Positions 1 through 10,237 of a stretch of DNA of 64,000 nt are shown one piece after another. Each line of letters starts with the position of its first letter. Position 1 is the stretch's first letter. The notes beneath the pieces are model-generated. The model ran no database searches. It was not told the DNA's origin and was given only the letters and a program-made list of their open reading frames with translations. The DNA is from an uncultured Chloroflexia bacterium (GTDB lineage: Bacteria; Chloroflexota; Limnocylindria; Limnocylindrales; CSP1-4). The position numbers and the translations under genes were made by a program. The DNA lies in the NCBI GenBank assembly GCA_963795645.1, contig CAWCIK010000006.1, forward strand, positions 1,298,259 to 1,362,258. The letters are read 5' to 3'.

Positions 1-1413
1 AGCTTCAGCTCGAATGTCGTGGGCCAGCCCGTCGTCGGATCTGCCGTGGACTTCGCGGACAACACGTCATCGGCGACGGTGATCGTCAACGTCGACAAGG
101 ACCCGCCGACGATTAGCGGCTCTCCAGCCGGTTCGCCCAACGGCGCCGGCTGGTTCGACGCTCCGGTCACCATCGTGTGGGCGTGTGCCGACCAGGGCGG
201 CTCGGGCTTCTCGCCCGATGAGTGCGCCGACTCAGCCATCAGCGCCGAGGGAACCGGCTTGACCGCGACGAGGTCAGTCAGTGACCTCGCGGGCAACGTG
301 TCGAACCCGGCGACATCGTCGCCGGCTGTGGACGTGGATCTGACCGCGCCACTTACAACGGCCACTCCATCATCTGGCGCGACGTGGTCGTCAAGCGCTG
401 TGTCGGTCACGCTGACCGCGAATGACGCCCTGTCGGGCGTGGCGTCGACGCACTACAGACTGGACGGCGCAAGCGACCAGACATATGCGCAGGGAGATGC
501 ACTGCCATTCGCGACTGACGGCGTGCACACGCTCGAGTACTGGTCGGTGGACGTGGCCGGCAACGAGGAGAGCCATCACACGCTGACCGTGAACGTCGAC
601 AAATCGGCGCCAGACATAGCGACATCGCAGTCCCCGGCGGCCAACTCGGCAGGCTGGAACAACTCGTCAGTGGTCGTCTCGTTCGACTGCTCGGACGCGG
701 TGTCAGGCATAGCGTCGTGTCCGGCCGACGTGGCGGTCGCCTCGGAGGGTGCGAACCAGACTGTTTCGGGGACGGCCTTCGATCTCGCCGGCAATTCCGC
801 CTCCACCTCAGCGGCCGTATCGATCGACCTGACTGCACCCGTCGTCAGCGTTGTCGGCGTGGTCGACGGAGCCACGTATGAGCTGGGCACCTACAGCGCG
901 TCGTGCTCGAGCAGCGACGCCCTGTCGGGAATCGCCGGGACCGCGCGCCTGACCACGAGCGGCGGCCCGACCGGCCCGCTGACGCTCACGTGCAGCGGCG
1001 CAACAGACCGTGCCGGCAACGCGCAGGCAACCCCTGTCAGCGTGACGATCGTCGTGCGCCAAAGCGTCGACGCGTATCAGTTCGGCGGATTCGATCGGCC
1101 ACTTGGCGGCGGCGATGCCGTAAACGTCGTCAAGGCGGGTTCCGCGGTGCCGCTCAGGTTCAGCCTGGGCGGCTACCGGGGCATGAATATCCTTGCGGCC
1201 GGCTTCCCCGCAACCGTCTCGTATGTGTGTGCGACAACACCGCCGGCGACCGCCACGGAGCCGATCGCCACGAACGGCTCACTGAGCTACGACGCAGGGT
1301 CGGACACGTACGCGCTGGTCTGGAAGACGACGAAATCGTGGGACGGCTGCCGCATGCTCCAGCTCAAGTTCAGCGACGGATCTGTGGCCTCCGCCTACTT
1401 CAACTTTCGATAG
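1..1413 (+). CDS. Cell-surface repeat protein, 5' end outside the window; tandem Ig-like/beta-sandwich repeats plus C-terminal PxKF-like domain
   Basis: The ORF is open from base 1 (ORF track 19..1413). It contains about 90-aa repeats, each ending in a VD(L/K)(T/S)AP or VDKDPP motif. One repeat (YRLDGASDQTYAQGDALPFATDGVHTLEYWSVDVAGNEE) resembles the chitobiase/OmpL47-type CHB_HEX_C domain. The C-terminus (NVVKAGSAVPLRFSLGGYRG...WDGCRMLQLKFSDGS) resembles the PxKF domain. Family assignment is from memory and not searched. Confidence 0.55.
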   Translation, partial: SFSSNVVGQPVVGSAVDFADNTSSATVIVNVDKDPPTISGSPAGSPNGAGWFDAPVTIVWACADQGGSGFSPDECADSAISAEGTGLTATRSVSDLAGNVSNPATSSPAVDVDLTAPLTTATPSSGATWSSSAVSVTLTANDALSGVASTHYRLDGASDQTYAQGDALPFATDGVHTLEYWSVDVAGNEESHHTLTVNVDKSAPDIATSQSPAANSAGWNNSSVVVSFDCSDAVSGIASCPADVAVASEGANQTVSGTAFDLAGNSASTSAAVSIDLTAPVVSVVGVVDGATYELGTYSASCSSSDALSGIAGTARLTTSGGPTGPLTLTCSGATDRAGNAQATPVSVTIVVRQSVDAYQFGGFDRPLGGGDAVNVVKAGSAVPLRFSLGGYRGMNILAAGFPATVSYVCATTPPATATEPIATNGSLSYDAGSDTYALVWKTTKSWDGCRMLQLKFSDGSVASAYFNFR

Positions 1414-1625
1414 TGCCTTGAAGCGGGGCCGATAAGGGGCAGCGGCAACCCCGTACTAACGGTTGTTAGGCAGGACGCGTGCAGGGCGTCGTACAATTCG
1501 AATTCGACGAACTGCGTAAGCCGACTCCCGGAGTGAGAACTGCCGGGAACGCGCGGCCGGTCCGCCAGATGGAAGTGCGTGTGCGCCACGGAGCGCACCC
1601 GACCACTGAGCAAGGAGAACCGGCC

Positions 1626-3251
1626 GTGGCGACCACTCTCGACAACCCCGCCAATACCAATGCGACGACGAAGGTCTTCGCTCGTCGCGCCAGTGACATG
1701 CCCGCTCTCGGCAAGGAGCGCCACGCCAATCTGCCGCCGGCAGCCCTTTACGAGCACGCCCTGAGCCACGACGAGGGCATCCTTGCCGCAGCCGGCCCGC
1801 TCGTCGTACGCACTGGCGAGCACACCGGGCGCTCACCAAAGGACAAGTTCATAGTCGACGAGCCGGACGCGCACGACGGCGTCTGGTGGGGCGGCTTCAA
1901 CAAGCCCATCTCGCAGGAGCGCTACGACGCGTTGCGCCAGCGCTTCATCGATCACATGAACGCGCGCGACGTGTACGTCCAGGACGCCTTCGTGGGCGCC
2001 GATCCGCGTTACCGGCGCTCCGTCCGTGCCTACACGGAGACGGCGTGGGCGAGCATCTTCGTCGACAACCTGTTCATCAGACCGAGCGCAGAAGAGCTGA
2101 AGTCGTTCGCGCCCAACTTCACCATCATCGACGCGCCCAGCTTCAAAGCCGACCCGGAGCGCGATGGGACGCGCACCGAGACAGTGATCCTGGTCAACCT
2201 CGACAAGCAGGAGATCCTGATCGGAGGCACCGAGTACGCGGGCGAGATCAAGAAGGGCGCCTTCGGGATCATGAACTACCGACTGCCTGCGGAGGACGTG
2301 CTGCCCATGCACAGCAGCGTCAACGTCGGCCGCGACGGCGACGTGGCGATCTTCTTCGGCCTCAGCGGCACAGGCAAGACGACGCTCAGCGCGGACCCGG
2401 AGCGGATCCTGATCGGTGACGACGAGCACGGCTGGAGCGAGGAAGGCGTGTTCAACTTCGAGGGCGGCTGCTACGCGAAGACGATTCGCCTGAGCCACAT
2501 CTACGAGCCAGACATCTACTCGACGACGCGCCGCTTCGGCACGATCCTCGAGAACGTCGCCATTGATCCGGTGACTCGCGAGTTGGATCTCGACTCGGAG
2601 GAGCTGACCGAGAACACGCGTGGCGCTTTCCCGCTCAACTTCATAAGCAACAGCTCAGAGCACGGGATGGCCGGCCATCCGTCGACGATCATCTTCCTGA
2701 CCGCCGACGCGTTCGGCGTCCTGCCACCCGTCGCGCGGCTGACGCGTGACCAGGCCATGTATCACTTCATCAGCGGTTACACGGCCAAGCTGGCCGGCAC
2801 CGAGGTGGGCGTCAAGGAGCCGACGGCCACGTTCTCGACCTGCTTCGGCGCTCCCTTCATGCCGCGCCACCCAGGCGTGTACGCCGAGATGCTCGGCGAG
2901 CGCATGGATCGCCACAACGTGCCGGTCTGGCTGGTCAACACCGGCTGGACGGGCGGGCCGTACGGCGTAGGCGAGCGCATGAACATCACGTGGACGCGAC
3001 AGATGGTCCGTGCCGCGCTGAGCGGTGCGCTCGACGACGTTGAGATGCGGACGGATCCGATCTTTGGCTTCGACGTGCCGATCCACTGCCCCGACGTCCC
3101 TGCGGAGGTGCTCTGGCCGCGCGACACGTGGGCCGACAAGGACGCCTACGACGCTCGCGCGCGCAAGCTCGCTGACATGTTCGTCGACAACTTCAAGCAG
3201 TTCGATGATCGTGTCGGCGACGCGGTCCGTGACGCCGGGCCGCGTCGCTAG
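1626..3251 (+). CDS. pckA: Phosphoenolpyruvate carboxykinase (ATP)
   Basis: Motifs [22 protein letters not shown] and a C-terminal core co-linear with E. coli/Thermus PckA. Start placed at an in-frame GTG (V50 of the ORF) preceded by AAGGAGAA with a 6-nt spacer, giving 541 aa. Alternative ATG starts at 1569 and 1698 lack an SD. Confidence 0.9.
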   Translation: MATTLDNPANTNATTKVFARRASDMPALGKERHANLPPAALYEHALSHDEGILAAAGPLVVRTGEHTGRSPKDKFIVDEPDAHDGVWWGGFNKPISQERYDALRQRFIDHMNARDVYVQDAFVGADPRYRRSVRAYTETAWASIFVDNLFIRPSAEELKSFAPNFTIIDAPSFKADPERDGTRTETVILVNLDKQEILIGGTEYAGEIKKGAFGIMNYRLPAEDVLPMHSSVNVGRDGDVAIFFGLSGTGKTTLSADPERILIGDDEHGWSEEGVFNFEGGCYAKTIRLSHIYEPDIYSTTRRFGTILENVAIDPVTRELDLDSEELTENTRGAFPLNFISNSSEHGMAGHPSTIIFLTADAFGVLPPVARLTRDQAMYHFISGYTAKLAGTEVGVKEPTATFSTCFGAPFMPRHPGVYAEMLGERMDRHNVPVWLVNTGWTGGPYGVGERMNITWTRQMVRAALSGALDDVEMRTDPIFGFDVPIHCPDVPAEVLWPRDTWADKDAYDARARKLADMFVDNFKQFDDRVGDAVRDAGPRR

Positions 3252-3266
3252 AGAGCAGGGCTGGTC

Positions 3267-3563
3267 TCAGCCGGCGGCCTTGGCGAGGATCGTGGGCATC
3301 TCCTCGCGCGTGAACGCGCGCATCGTCGCCGTCTGGATGTTGCCCTGCGCGCCGACGCGCATCAACAGAGCGGCCATCGACTCAGGATCCGGCATGTCGA
3401 AGATCGCCACGAAGTCGTACTTGCCGAGAGTCCAGAAGATGTCGACCATTCTGCCGCCCATGGACTCGGCTGCCTTGGCCGAGGCGTCCGCTCGATTGAG
3501 CGTCTGTTTGTAATCCGCGACACCCTGGGCCGTGAACTTGCCAAGGACGATGAACTGGAACAT
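3267..3563 (-). CDS. GYD domain protein
   Basis: 98 aa; GKYDFVAIFDMPDPESMAA motif typical of the GYD family; GGAGG SD before the ATG. Confidence 0.75.
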   Translation of the reverse strand: MFQFIVLGKFTAQGVADYKQTLNRADASAKAAESMGGRMVDIFWTLGKYDFVAIFDMPDPESMAALLMRVGAQGNIQTATMRAFTREEMPTILAKAAG

Positions 3564-3664
3564 GGCGTGCCTCCATAGCGATCTCGCGTTGCGTGCCCGT
3601 GGCGAGCATCGCGCACACCGGACCGCTCGATACGTGCCGTTTGTCGCAATTCGACGATTCGCCG

Positions 3665-5473
3665 ATGATTGGTGCGATGACTGCTGAAGCCTCTACCAGA
3701 CGTTCAAGGACCGAAGCCGATTGGCGCAAGCGCTTTCGGGCGACCCGGACCAGCCTGCCCGTGTGGGCCGATGAAGCGCCCGATCGACTGCTATACGGGT
3801 CAAACGAGTCCGGTACCTGGGAGCTCTACGCGTGGGATAGGTCGACCGACACGAAGCGCCAGCTGACCGAGCGCAAGGAAGGCACGACCAACGGGGCGAT
3901 TGATCCGCGCGGCGCGCACATCTGGTGGTTCGACGACACCGACGGCGACGAGTTCGGGCGTTGGGTGATGCAGCCTTTCGATGGTGGCGACGCCCAGCCA
4001 GTGGCGCTTGAGCGCGCCTACGATTCCGGCCTCGAGCTGGCCGCGGACGTGGCCGTGATCGGCCGCACGACAGATGAGCGCACCGTCATCCATGTCCTGC
4101 GCGGCAATGGCGAATCCGCGGACGTCTATAGCAGCACCGAGCAGGCATGGCTGGGCGGCCTGTCGGCCGACGCGACGATGATCTGCCTGCACCATTCCGA
4201 ACACGGCGATTCACGTCACCCCGCGCTCAGAGTGGTGGACCTGGAAGGCAGGGCCATCGCCGATCTGGCGGACGGTCCTGGATTGGGGCTTGAGGCGCGC
4301 GGCTTCCCGAGAGTCGCGGGCGACGAGCGCGTTCTCGTCCTGCACGAACGCAACGACGTCAAGCGACCCCTCATCTGGTGGCCGAGCACAGGCCAGACTC
4401 GCGAGCCGACCATCGACCTGCCGGGCGACGTTGAAGCTTCGTGGTACCCCGACGGCCAGGCCATCCTGCTCGTCCACGAACATGCGGGCCGTTCGCAGCT
4501 CTTCCGGCTCGAGCTTGATCCCGAGAGGCTGATCGAGATCCCGACCGCGCCGGGCACGATCGCCGCCGCCGCGGCCCGGCCAGACGGTGAGGTCTGGTAC
4601 CAGTGGAGCGACGCCGCCACAACGCCCGAGGTTCGCTACATCGATGCGAGCGGCCGCGACGGCGGCGTGCTGCTGCGGCCGGTGGGCGTCGCATCGCCCG
4701 GCGGCGTGCGCTACACGGACCTGTGGGTCGGCGACGTTCATGCGTTCGTGGCCGAGCCGCCCACCGGCCGTCGCCCGCACCCGACGATCTTCTACATCCA
4801 CGGAGGACCCGAGTCGCACGATCGCGACACGTTCTCGCCGCCGGTACAGGCGTGGGTCGACCACGGCCTGGCCGTGATCCAAGTCAACTACCGTGGCTCG
4901 ACCGGCTATGGCCGCGCGTGGCGCGATGCGCTGACCGGCAACCCGGGCCTGACCGAGCTGGAAGACATCGCCGCCGTGTGGCAGCGCGTCGTCGACGACG
5001 GCATCGCCGACCCTGAGCAGATCGTCCTGCATGGCCATTCGTGGGGCGGCTACCTGACGCTGCTCGGTCTCGGGCTTCAACCCAGGCTGTGGGCGCTAGG
5101 TGTGGCCGGCGTACCGGTGGCGGACTACATCGCCGCGTACGAGGACGAGATGGATCCGCTCAAGGCCTACGACCGCGCGCTTTTCGGGGCCACGCCGGAA
5201 CAGGATCCACAGCGCTATATCGATCGCTCGCCGCTGACGTTCGCCCACAACGTCAGCGCGAGGGTGCTCATCCTGGCTGGCGAGAACGATCCACGCTGCC
5301 CGATTCGCCAGATAGACAACTACATCGCGCGGCTCGAAGAGCTCCGACGACCGTACGAGGTGCTCCGCTTCGACGCCGGCCACGGCTCGCATCGAACGGA
5401 GGAGCGCATTCGCCAGCAGGAAGCGATGCTCGACTTCGTCTCCCGACACGTGGGCACGGCCGAGCCGCTCTGA
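3665..5473 (+). CDS. S9 family peptidase (prolyl oligopeptidase/acylaminoacyl peptidase-like)
   Basis: N-terminal beta-propeller-like region and a C-terminal alpha/beta hydrolase with the GHSWGGY nucleophile elbow. Start uncertain (GTG 3593, ATG 3665 or 3677): the region upstream of 3665 overlaps the divergent GYD gene's SD/promoter, so a later start was preferred. Confidence 0.75.
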   Translation: MIGAMTAEASTRRSRTEADWRKRFRATRTSLPVWADEAPDRLLYGSNESGTWELYAWDRSTDTKRQLTERKEGTTNGAIDPRGAHIWWFDDTDGDEFGRWVMQPFDGGDAQPVALERAYDSGLELAADVAVIGRTTDERTVIHVLRGNGESADVYSSTEQAWLGGLSADATMICLHHSEHGDSRHPALRVVDLEGRAIADLADGPGLGLEARGFPRVAGDERVLVLHERNDVKRPLIWWPSTGQTREPTIDLPGDVEASWYPDGQAILLVHEHAGRSQLFRLELDPERLIEIPTAPGTIAAAAARPDGEVWYQWSDAATTPEVRYIDASGRDGGVLLRPVGVASPGGVRYTDLWVGDVHAFVAEPPTGRRPHPTIFYIHGGPESHDRDTFSPPVQAWVDHGLAVIQVNYRGSTGYGRAWRDALTGNPGLTELEDIAAVWQRVVDDGIADPEQIVLHGHSWGGYLTLLGLGLQPRLWALGVAGVPVADYIAAYEDEMDPLKAYDRALFGATPEQDPQRYIDRSPLTFAHNVSARVLILAGENDPRCPIRQIDNYIARLEELRRPYEVLRFDAGHGSHRTEERIRQQEAMLDFVSRHVGTAEPL

Positions 5474-5572
5474 TCGCGCGATCCTCAACGCCCTCGTGGG
5501 CCATCTGGGCTAACCACGCCAAACGACCGATTGATCCGGCGGACAGTTAAGCGCTGGTAAGTTCTCGGAGAC

Positions 5573-7522
5573 ATGTCTCAGGCGCGCATGACAACGGCTT
5601 ATCTGGCGCTGTCTCTGGCCGCCCTTGTCGGCTACTTCACCCTCGGCGACGTGCTCGCCGCGGCCTGTTATGTGGGAATGTCGGCGCTCGCGCTGGCGGC
5701 AGTAGCCGTCGGCGTGCGCATGCATCGACCGAGGCTCACACGGCCGTGGCTGGTGATTGCGGCGGCACAGGCCGCCTTTCTTGTTGCGGACATCCTTTGG
5801 TATCACAACGCGCTGACCAACCCCCTTGCGGTCGACCAGCCTGGAGCGTCGGATGTCTTGTACCTGGCCGGCTATCCGCTGCTGGCCATAGGTCTGATCA
5901 TGTTCATCCGCGCCCGCCAGCGGCACTACCGGCTGACCGCGGCAATCGACGCGATCCTGATCGGCGTCGCGGCGGTGCTCGCGCTCTGGCTGCTCGTCAT
6001 CGACAACGTGATACGCGACGAGACAATTCCCGTCGTCGAGCGATTGATCACCGTTGCCTATCCCATCGGCGACGCCGCCGTGCTCGCGGCCGCCGCCTAC
6101 CTGCTCCTGACCGGCAGGCAGGGACGCCGCTCGCTGTACCTGCTGCTCGGGTCGCTGGCGGCGCTGCTCGTCGGCGATCTGCTCCAGGCAACGGTCGATA
6201 CGGGAGCCTCCATGGGAGCGGCCGCAGACGCGTTCTGGATGGTCAGCTACGTCTTGTTCGGACTGGCTGCGCTGGACCCGTCGATGCGTCAGCTAGTCGA
6301 GCCCGGCGAGGCCCTCACGGCGCCCGACAGCAACCGTCGGTTGCTGCTGATCGGCGTGGCGATCAGCGCGCTGCCTGCCTTCGCGCTCTATCAGCGCTTT
6401 TTCGAGGACCAGATGGACCTTGCCCTGATCGGCGTGTGCGGCGTGGTCGTGATGACCGCGATCATGCTGCGGATGCACGAGCTGGGTGCCGTGCTGGGTC
6501 GCTCAGAGCGGCGTTACGCATCACTTCTGGCGAATGCTTCGGAGGCGTTCGCGATCATGCGCCGGGACGGCAGCTTCACCTATGTCAGTCCCGCTTCAGA
6601 GCGTGTCCTGGGCTACGGCAGCGACGAGACGATACGCCGTGGGGCGCTCGACCTGATCCATCCGAGGGCGCGTTCGCGAGCTGCGACCCGGTTGCGGCGC
6701 GTCATGGCGCGCCCCGGAGCGCAGTCCGAGTTCGAGCTGCAGGCGCGTCGTGCAGACGGCGAATGGCGCTGGCTCAGCGTGACCGCGACGAATCGCACAG
6801 ACGACCCGCTCATCGACGGCATCGTCCTCAATTACCGCGATATCACCGAGCGCAAGCAGCTCGAGGAGCGTCTCGTCCAGCAGGCCTTCACCGACGGCCT
6901 GACCGGGCTCTCGAACCGGCCGCTGTTCATCGACCGCGTCTCACAGGTCCTGGCTCGCCGCCGGCGCAACGAAGGCCAGATGGCCGTATCGGTTCTGTTC
7001 ATCGATGTCGATGACTTCAAGACGGTCAACGACAGCCTGGGCCACAGCTCCGGTGACCGGCTGCTGGTTGCACTGGCCGGCAGGCTCAAGGCGACGGTCC
7101 GGCCGGCGGACACCGCCGCGCGTCTCGGGGGCGACGAGTTCGCGGTCCTGCTCGAGAACACCGACGCGCCGGAGGCCGAGCGAGTCGCCGCGCGGCTACT
7201 CGCAAGCCTTGCCATGCCGGAGCGCATCGCCGAGTTCGATGTCAGCGTATCCGTGTCGATCGGCATCGCAGTCGATCGCGCCGGCGGGGCCGACACTGTC
7301 GAGGAGCTGTTGCGCGACGCCGATCTGGCGATGTACACGGCCAAGTCGAAGGAACCCGGCAGCTACGCGGTCTACGAGCCGACCATGCACGCTGCGGCGC
7401 TGCGTCGCCTCGAAGCCAAAGCGGACCACCAGCCGGACGCTCGGCGCGTCCGGACCACGACAACGTGGACGCCCGTGGCAGGCCCTGGCTCGCGCGCCGC
7501 GACGGCGGGTGCCGTCGGCTGA
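5573..7522 (+). CDS. Membrane sensor diguanylate cyclase (N-terminal TM region, PAS, GGDEF)
   Basis: Hydrophobic N-terminal third; PAS-like core (FTYVSPASERVLGY...WRWL...DGIVLNYRDITERKQ); GGDEF domain with RLGGDEFAVLL. The ATG lies at the centre of the palindrome GAGACATGTCTC. Confidence 0.85.
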   Translation: MSQARMTTAYLALSLAALVGYFTLGDVLAAACYVGMSALALAAVAVGVRMHRPRLTRPWLVIAAAQAAFLVADILWYHNALTNPLAVDQPGASDVLYLAGYPLLAIGLIMFIRARQRHYRLTAAIDAILIGVAAVLALWLLVIDNVIRDETIPVVERLITVAYPIGDAAVLAAAAYLLLTGRQGRRSLYLLLGSLAALLVGDLLQATVDTGASMGAAADAFWMVSYVLFGLAALDPSMRQLVEPGEALTAPDSNRRLLLIGVAISALPAFALYQRFFEDQMDLALIGVCGVVVMTAIMLRMHELGAVLGRSERRYASLLANASEAFAIMRRDGSFTYVSPASERVLGYGSDETIRRGALDLIHPRARSRAATRLRRVMARPGAQSEFELQARRADGEWRWLSVTATNRTDDPLIDGIVLNYRDITERKQLEERLVQQAFTDGLTGLSNRPLFIDRVSQVLARRRRNEGQMAVSVLFIDVDDFKTVNDSLGHSSGDRLLVALAGRLKATVRPADTAARLGGDEFAVLLENTDAPEAERVAARLLASLAMPERIAEFDVSVSVSIGIAVDRAGGADTVEELLRDADLAMYTAKSKEPGSYAVYEPTMHAAALRRLEAKADHQPDARRVRTTTTWTPVAGPGSRAATAGAVG

Positions 7523-7561
7523 GCCGCGCCTCATTGGCGAGGGAGACCTAATCTTGGACAG

Positions 7562-10210
7562 GTGACAAGCCTGCCGACAGGAACGGTCGCGTTCCTGATG
7601 TCCGATATCGAGGGCTCGACGCGGCTGATCGGTGCCTCCGGCGATTTGTTTCCCGCCCTTCTCGATGCCCACTTCGACATCCTGCGCAGGGCAATCGAGG
7701 CGAATGAAGGCACTCTCGTCTCGACCGAGGGAGACGCTGTCTTTGCTGTCTTTCAGACGGCCCGCCGAGCAATAGCCGCGGCCGCCGACTCGCAGCGCGC
7801 GCTGGCCGAGCATGACTGGCCCGCAGGCATGCCGCTCAAGGTGCGGATGGGCATTCACGTCGGCGAAGCCGTCATGGGCGGCCGCGACTACACCGGGCTC
7901 GATGTCCATCGCACGGCGCGCATCACATCCGCCGCGTGGGGCGGTCAGGTGCTCGTCTCGCAAGCCGTCGAGTCGCTCGTGGGTGATGCGCCGGGCGACG
8001 CCACGCTGCTCGATCTCGGTGCGTACAGCCTGCGCGACATCGCGGATCCGGAGCGGCTTTACCAGCTCCGCGCGCCCGGCCTGACACTCGACTTCCCGCC
8101 ACCGCGCACGGCGGTCGGCGCGACGCCCACGAACTTGCCCACGCCAATGACAGGCTTCGTTGGTCGCGCGCGCGAGCTGCTCGCGGTCCGTCAGCTTTTG
8201 GCCGACGCGCGGCTGCTGACGTTGACCGGGCCGGGTGGCACGGGCAAGACGCGTCTCGCGATCGAGACAGCGCGGCGGATGCCGGAAAGCTATCCCGACG
8301 GCGTCTGGTTCGTCGCCCTCGACAGCGTCCGCGACCCCGGTCTCGTCGTACCGACCATTGCCCACTCCGTGGGCGTGCTCGAGCAGCCGGGGCGCTCGAT
8401 TGAGCAGCTGCTCGCCGAACGCCTGGTCGGCAAGCGCGTGCTGCTCGTGCTCGACAACTTCGAACAGGTCGTCGACGCCGCGCCGACGCTGGGCGGTGTG
8501 CTGGCCCGCAGTGCGAGCGTGGCAGCCCTTGTGACTAGCCGCGAGCCGCTGGGCATCGGCGCCGAACGCGTCTATCCGGTGCCGACGCTGGCGCTGCCGA
8601 GCGAGCCAGGCGAGCCTACGGCGGCGGACCTTGCCGGTTCCGAGTCGGTCCAGCTGTTCGTCGATCGCGCGCGCGCCGTCCGGCCCGGTTTCGCGTTGAC
8701 CGATGAGAACGCAGCCGACATCGCCGCCATCTGCCGCCGCGTCGACGGCCTGCCCCTGGCGATCGAGCTGGCCGCGGCACGCATCAACGTGCTGGCGCCG
8801 GCGCAGATCCGGCAGCGTCTCGACCGTCGGCTGAGTCTCGCCGCCAGCAGCCGGCGCGACGTGCCGGAGCGCCAGCGCACACTGCGCGGTGCGATCGACT
8901 GGAGCCACGAGATGCTGGCGCAGCCCGAGCGCGTCATCTTCCGCCGGCTGTCCGTCTTCGCCGGCGGCGCGGCGCTCGAGTCCGTGCTCGCCGTCGTCGA
9001 AGAAGATGGCGACGTTGGCGCGGATCCCCTCGACACGCTTGCGCTGCTCGTCGATCGCAGCCTCGTGCGATCCGATCAGGAAGCCGACGAAGCACGTTTC
9101 GAGATGCTCGAGACGATCCGCGAATACGCGGCCGAGAAGCTCGACGAGGCGGACGAGCGAACGACCATCTGCGAGCGCCACGCCGAGCACTTCGCGCAGG
9201 TTGCGGGCGAGGCGCGCAACGTGCTTTCGAGTGCCGCCCGCGACTCGCGTCTCGACCAGCTCGACCGCGAGATGCCCAACCTGCGCGCTGCCCTGGATTG
9301 GACGATCGGACGCGCCGATTTCGACCGCGGCTGCCGGATGTGCGTGGGGCTCAAGGACTTCTGGCGGCTGCGCGGCCACCTGGCCGAGGGCCTGCAGGTC
9401 ATGCTGTTGCTGCTCGAGCGATCCGGCGCCGCCGAGGCATCAGCGGAGCGTGCCGACTTTCTCAGCGCCGTTTCCGAGCTCGCCAACTGGCACGGCGACT
9501 ACGAGATCGCGCTGGATCTAGGCGAGCAGCACATCGCCATGCGCACTGCGCTCGGCGACACCGTCGGCGCTGGCAAGGCCTGGACGAACATCGGCTGGTC
9601 GAGCCTTGTCGCAGATCCCGCCCGGGCGCGCGATGCATTCGCAAAGTCGATCGAGGTTACGCGTGCCACCGACGACGATGCGTGGCTGATGGGTGGCCTG
9701 CAGGGCTTGTCCCTTGCCTACCTCGGCCTGGGGGATCTGGAGGCAGCAAGGCAAGCGGCGCTGGAGGCGATCGAGATCGGCGACCGTGCCAGCGACCCAT
9801 ACACCAACGCGATCAACTACATGACGCTCGGCGCGGTCGAAGGGCGGCTTGGGAATCTGGAAGCCGCAGCGGAGGACTTCGCCGAAACCCTGCGGCGCTC
9901 CGTAGCGGCCGGGTCAGTGATGAACATCTCGATCGCCCTCGACGGAATGGCGACGCTTTCCTTCCAGCGCGGGGACGCTCGCAGCGGCGCGCTTCTTGCG
10001 GCGGCGTCCGAACGGATGCGACGGCAGATAGGCGGTGCGCCGTCGATGGAGATGATCGGCGCGGAGGCGCCGCTCTTGATCGCGCGACGCGTGCTTTCGA
10101 GCGGTGATTACGAGCGACTCGCCGGCGAGGGCGCGGCTCTCAGCGACGAAGCCGCCGTCGCGCTGGGTTTCGAGGTCGCGGCAGGCACGCACGCGCAATC
10201 TCAAACCTGA
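7562..10210 (+). CDS. Class III adenylate/guanylate cyclase fused to AAA+ (NB-ARC-like) ATPase and TPR repeats
   Basis: N-terminal cyclase domain (TVAFLMSDIEGSTRL ... GIHVGEAV); Walker A LTGPGGTGKTRLA; C-terminal TPR-like helical repeats; no LuxR HTH. Same frame as the upstream GGDEF gene, 39 nt after its stop; GTG start. Confidence 0.85.
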   Translation: MTSLPTGTVAFLMSDIEGSTRLIGASGDLFPALLDAHFDILRRAIEANEGTLVSTEGDAVFAVFQTARRAIAAAADSQRALAEHDWPAGMPLKVRMGIHVGEAVMGGRDYTGLDVHRTARITSAAWGGQVLVSQAVESLVGDAPGDATLLDLGAYSLRDIADPERLYQLRAPGLTLDFPPPRTAVGATPTNLPTPMTGFVGRARELLAVRQLLADARLLTLTGPGGTGKTRLAIETARRMPESYPDGVWFVALDSVRDPGLVVPTIAHSVGVLEQPGRSIEQLLAERLVGKRVLLVLDNFEQVVDAAPTLGGVLARSASVAALVTSREPLGIGAERVYPVPTLALPSEPGEPTAADLAGSESVQLFVDRARAVRPGFALTDENAADIAAICRRVDGLPLAIELAAARINVLAPAQIRQRLDRRLSLAASSRRDVPERQRTLRGAIDWSHEMLAQPERVIFRRLSVFAGGAALESVLAVVEEDGDVGADPLDTLALLVDRSLVRSDQEADEARFEMLETIREYAAEKLDEADERTTICERHAEHFAQVAGEARNVLSSAARDSRLDQLDREMPNLRAALDWTIGRADFDRGCRMCVGLKDFWRLRGHLAEGLQVMLLLLERSGAAEASAERADFLSAVSELANWHGDYEIALDLGEQHIAMRTALGDTVGAGKAWTNIGWSSLVADPARARDAFAKSIEVTRATDDDAWLMGGLQGLSLAYLGLGDLEAARQAALEAIEIGDRASDPYTNAINYMTLGAVEGRLGNLEAAAEDFAETLRRSVAAGSVMNISIALDGMATLSFQRGDARSGALLAAASERMRRQIGGAPSMEMIGAEAPLLIARRVLSSGDYERLAGEGAALSDEAAVALGFEVAAGTHAQSQT

Positions 10211-10237
10211 CGCCGTTGCGTCCGCGGAAGCTAGCGA

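Noticed and set aside
10210-10237. Short hairpin GACGC-CGTT-GCGTC between the convergent cyclase and tnaA genes as a bidirectional terminator
   Set aside because: Only a 5-bp stem and no U-tract; too weak to call.
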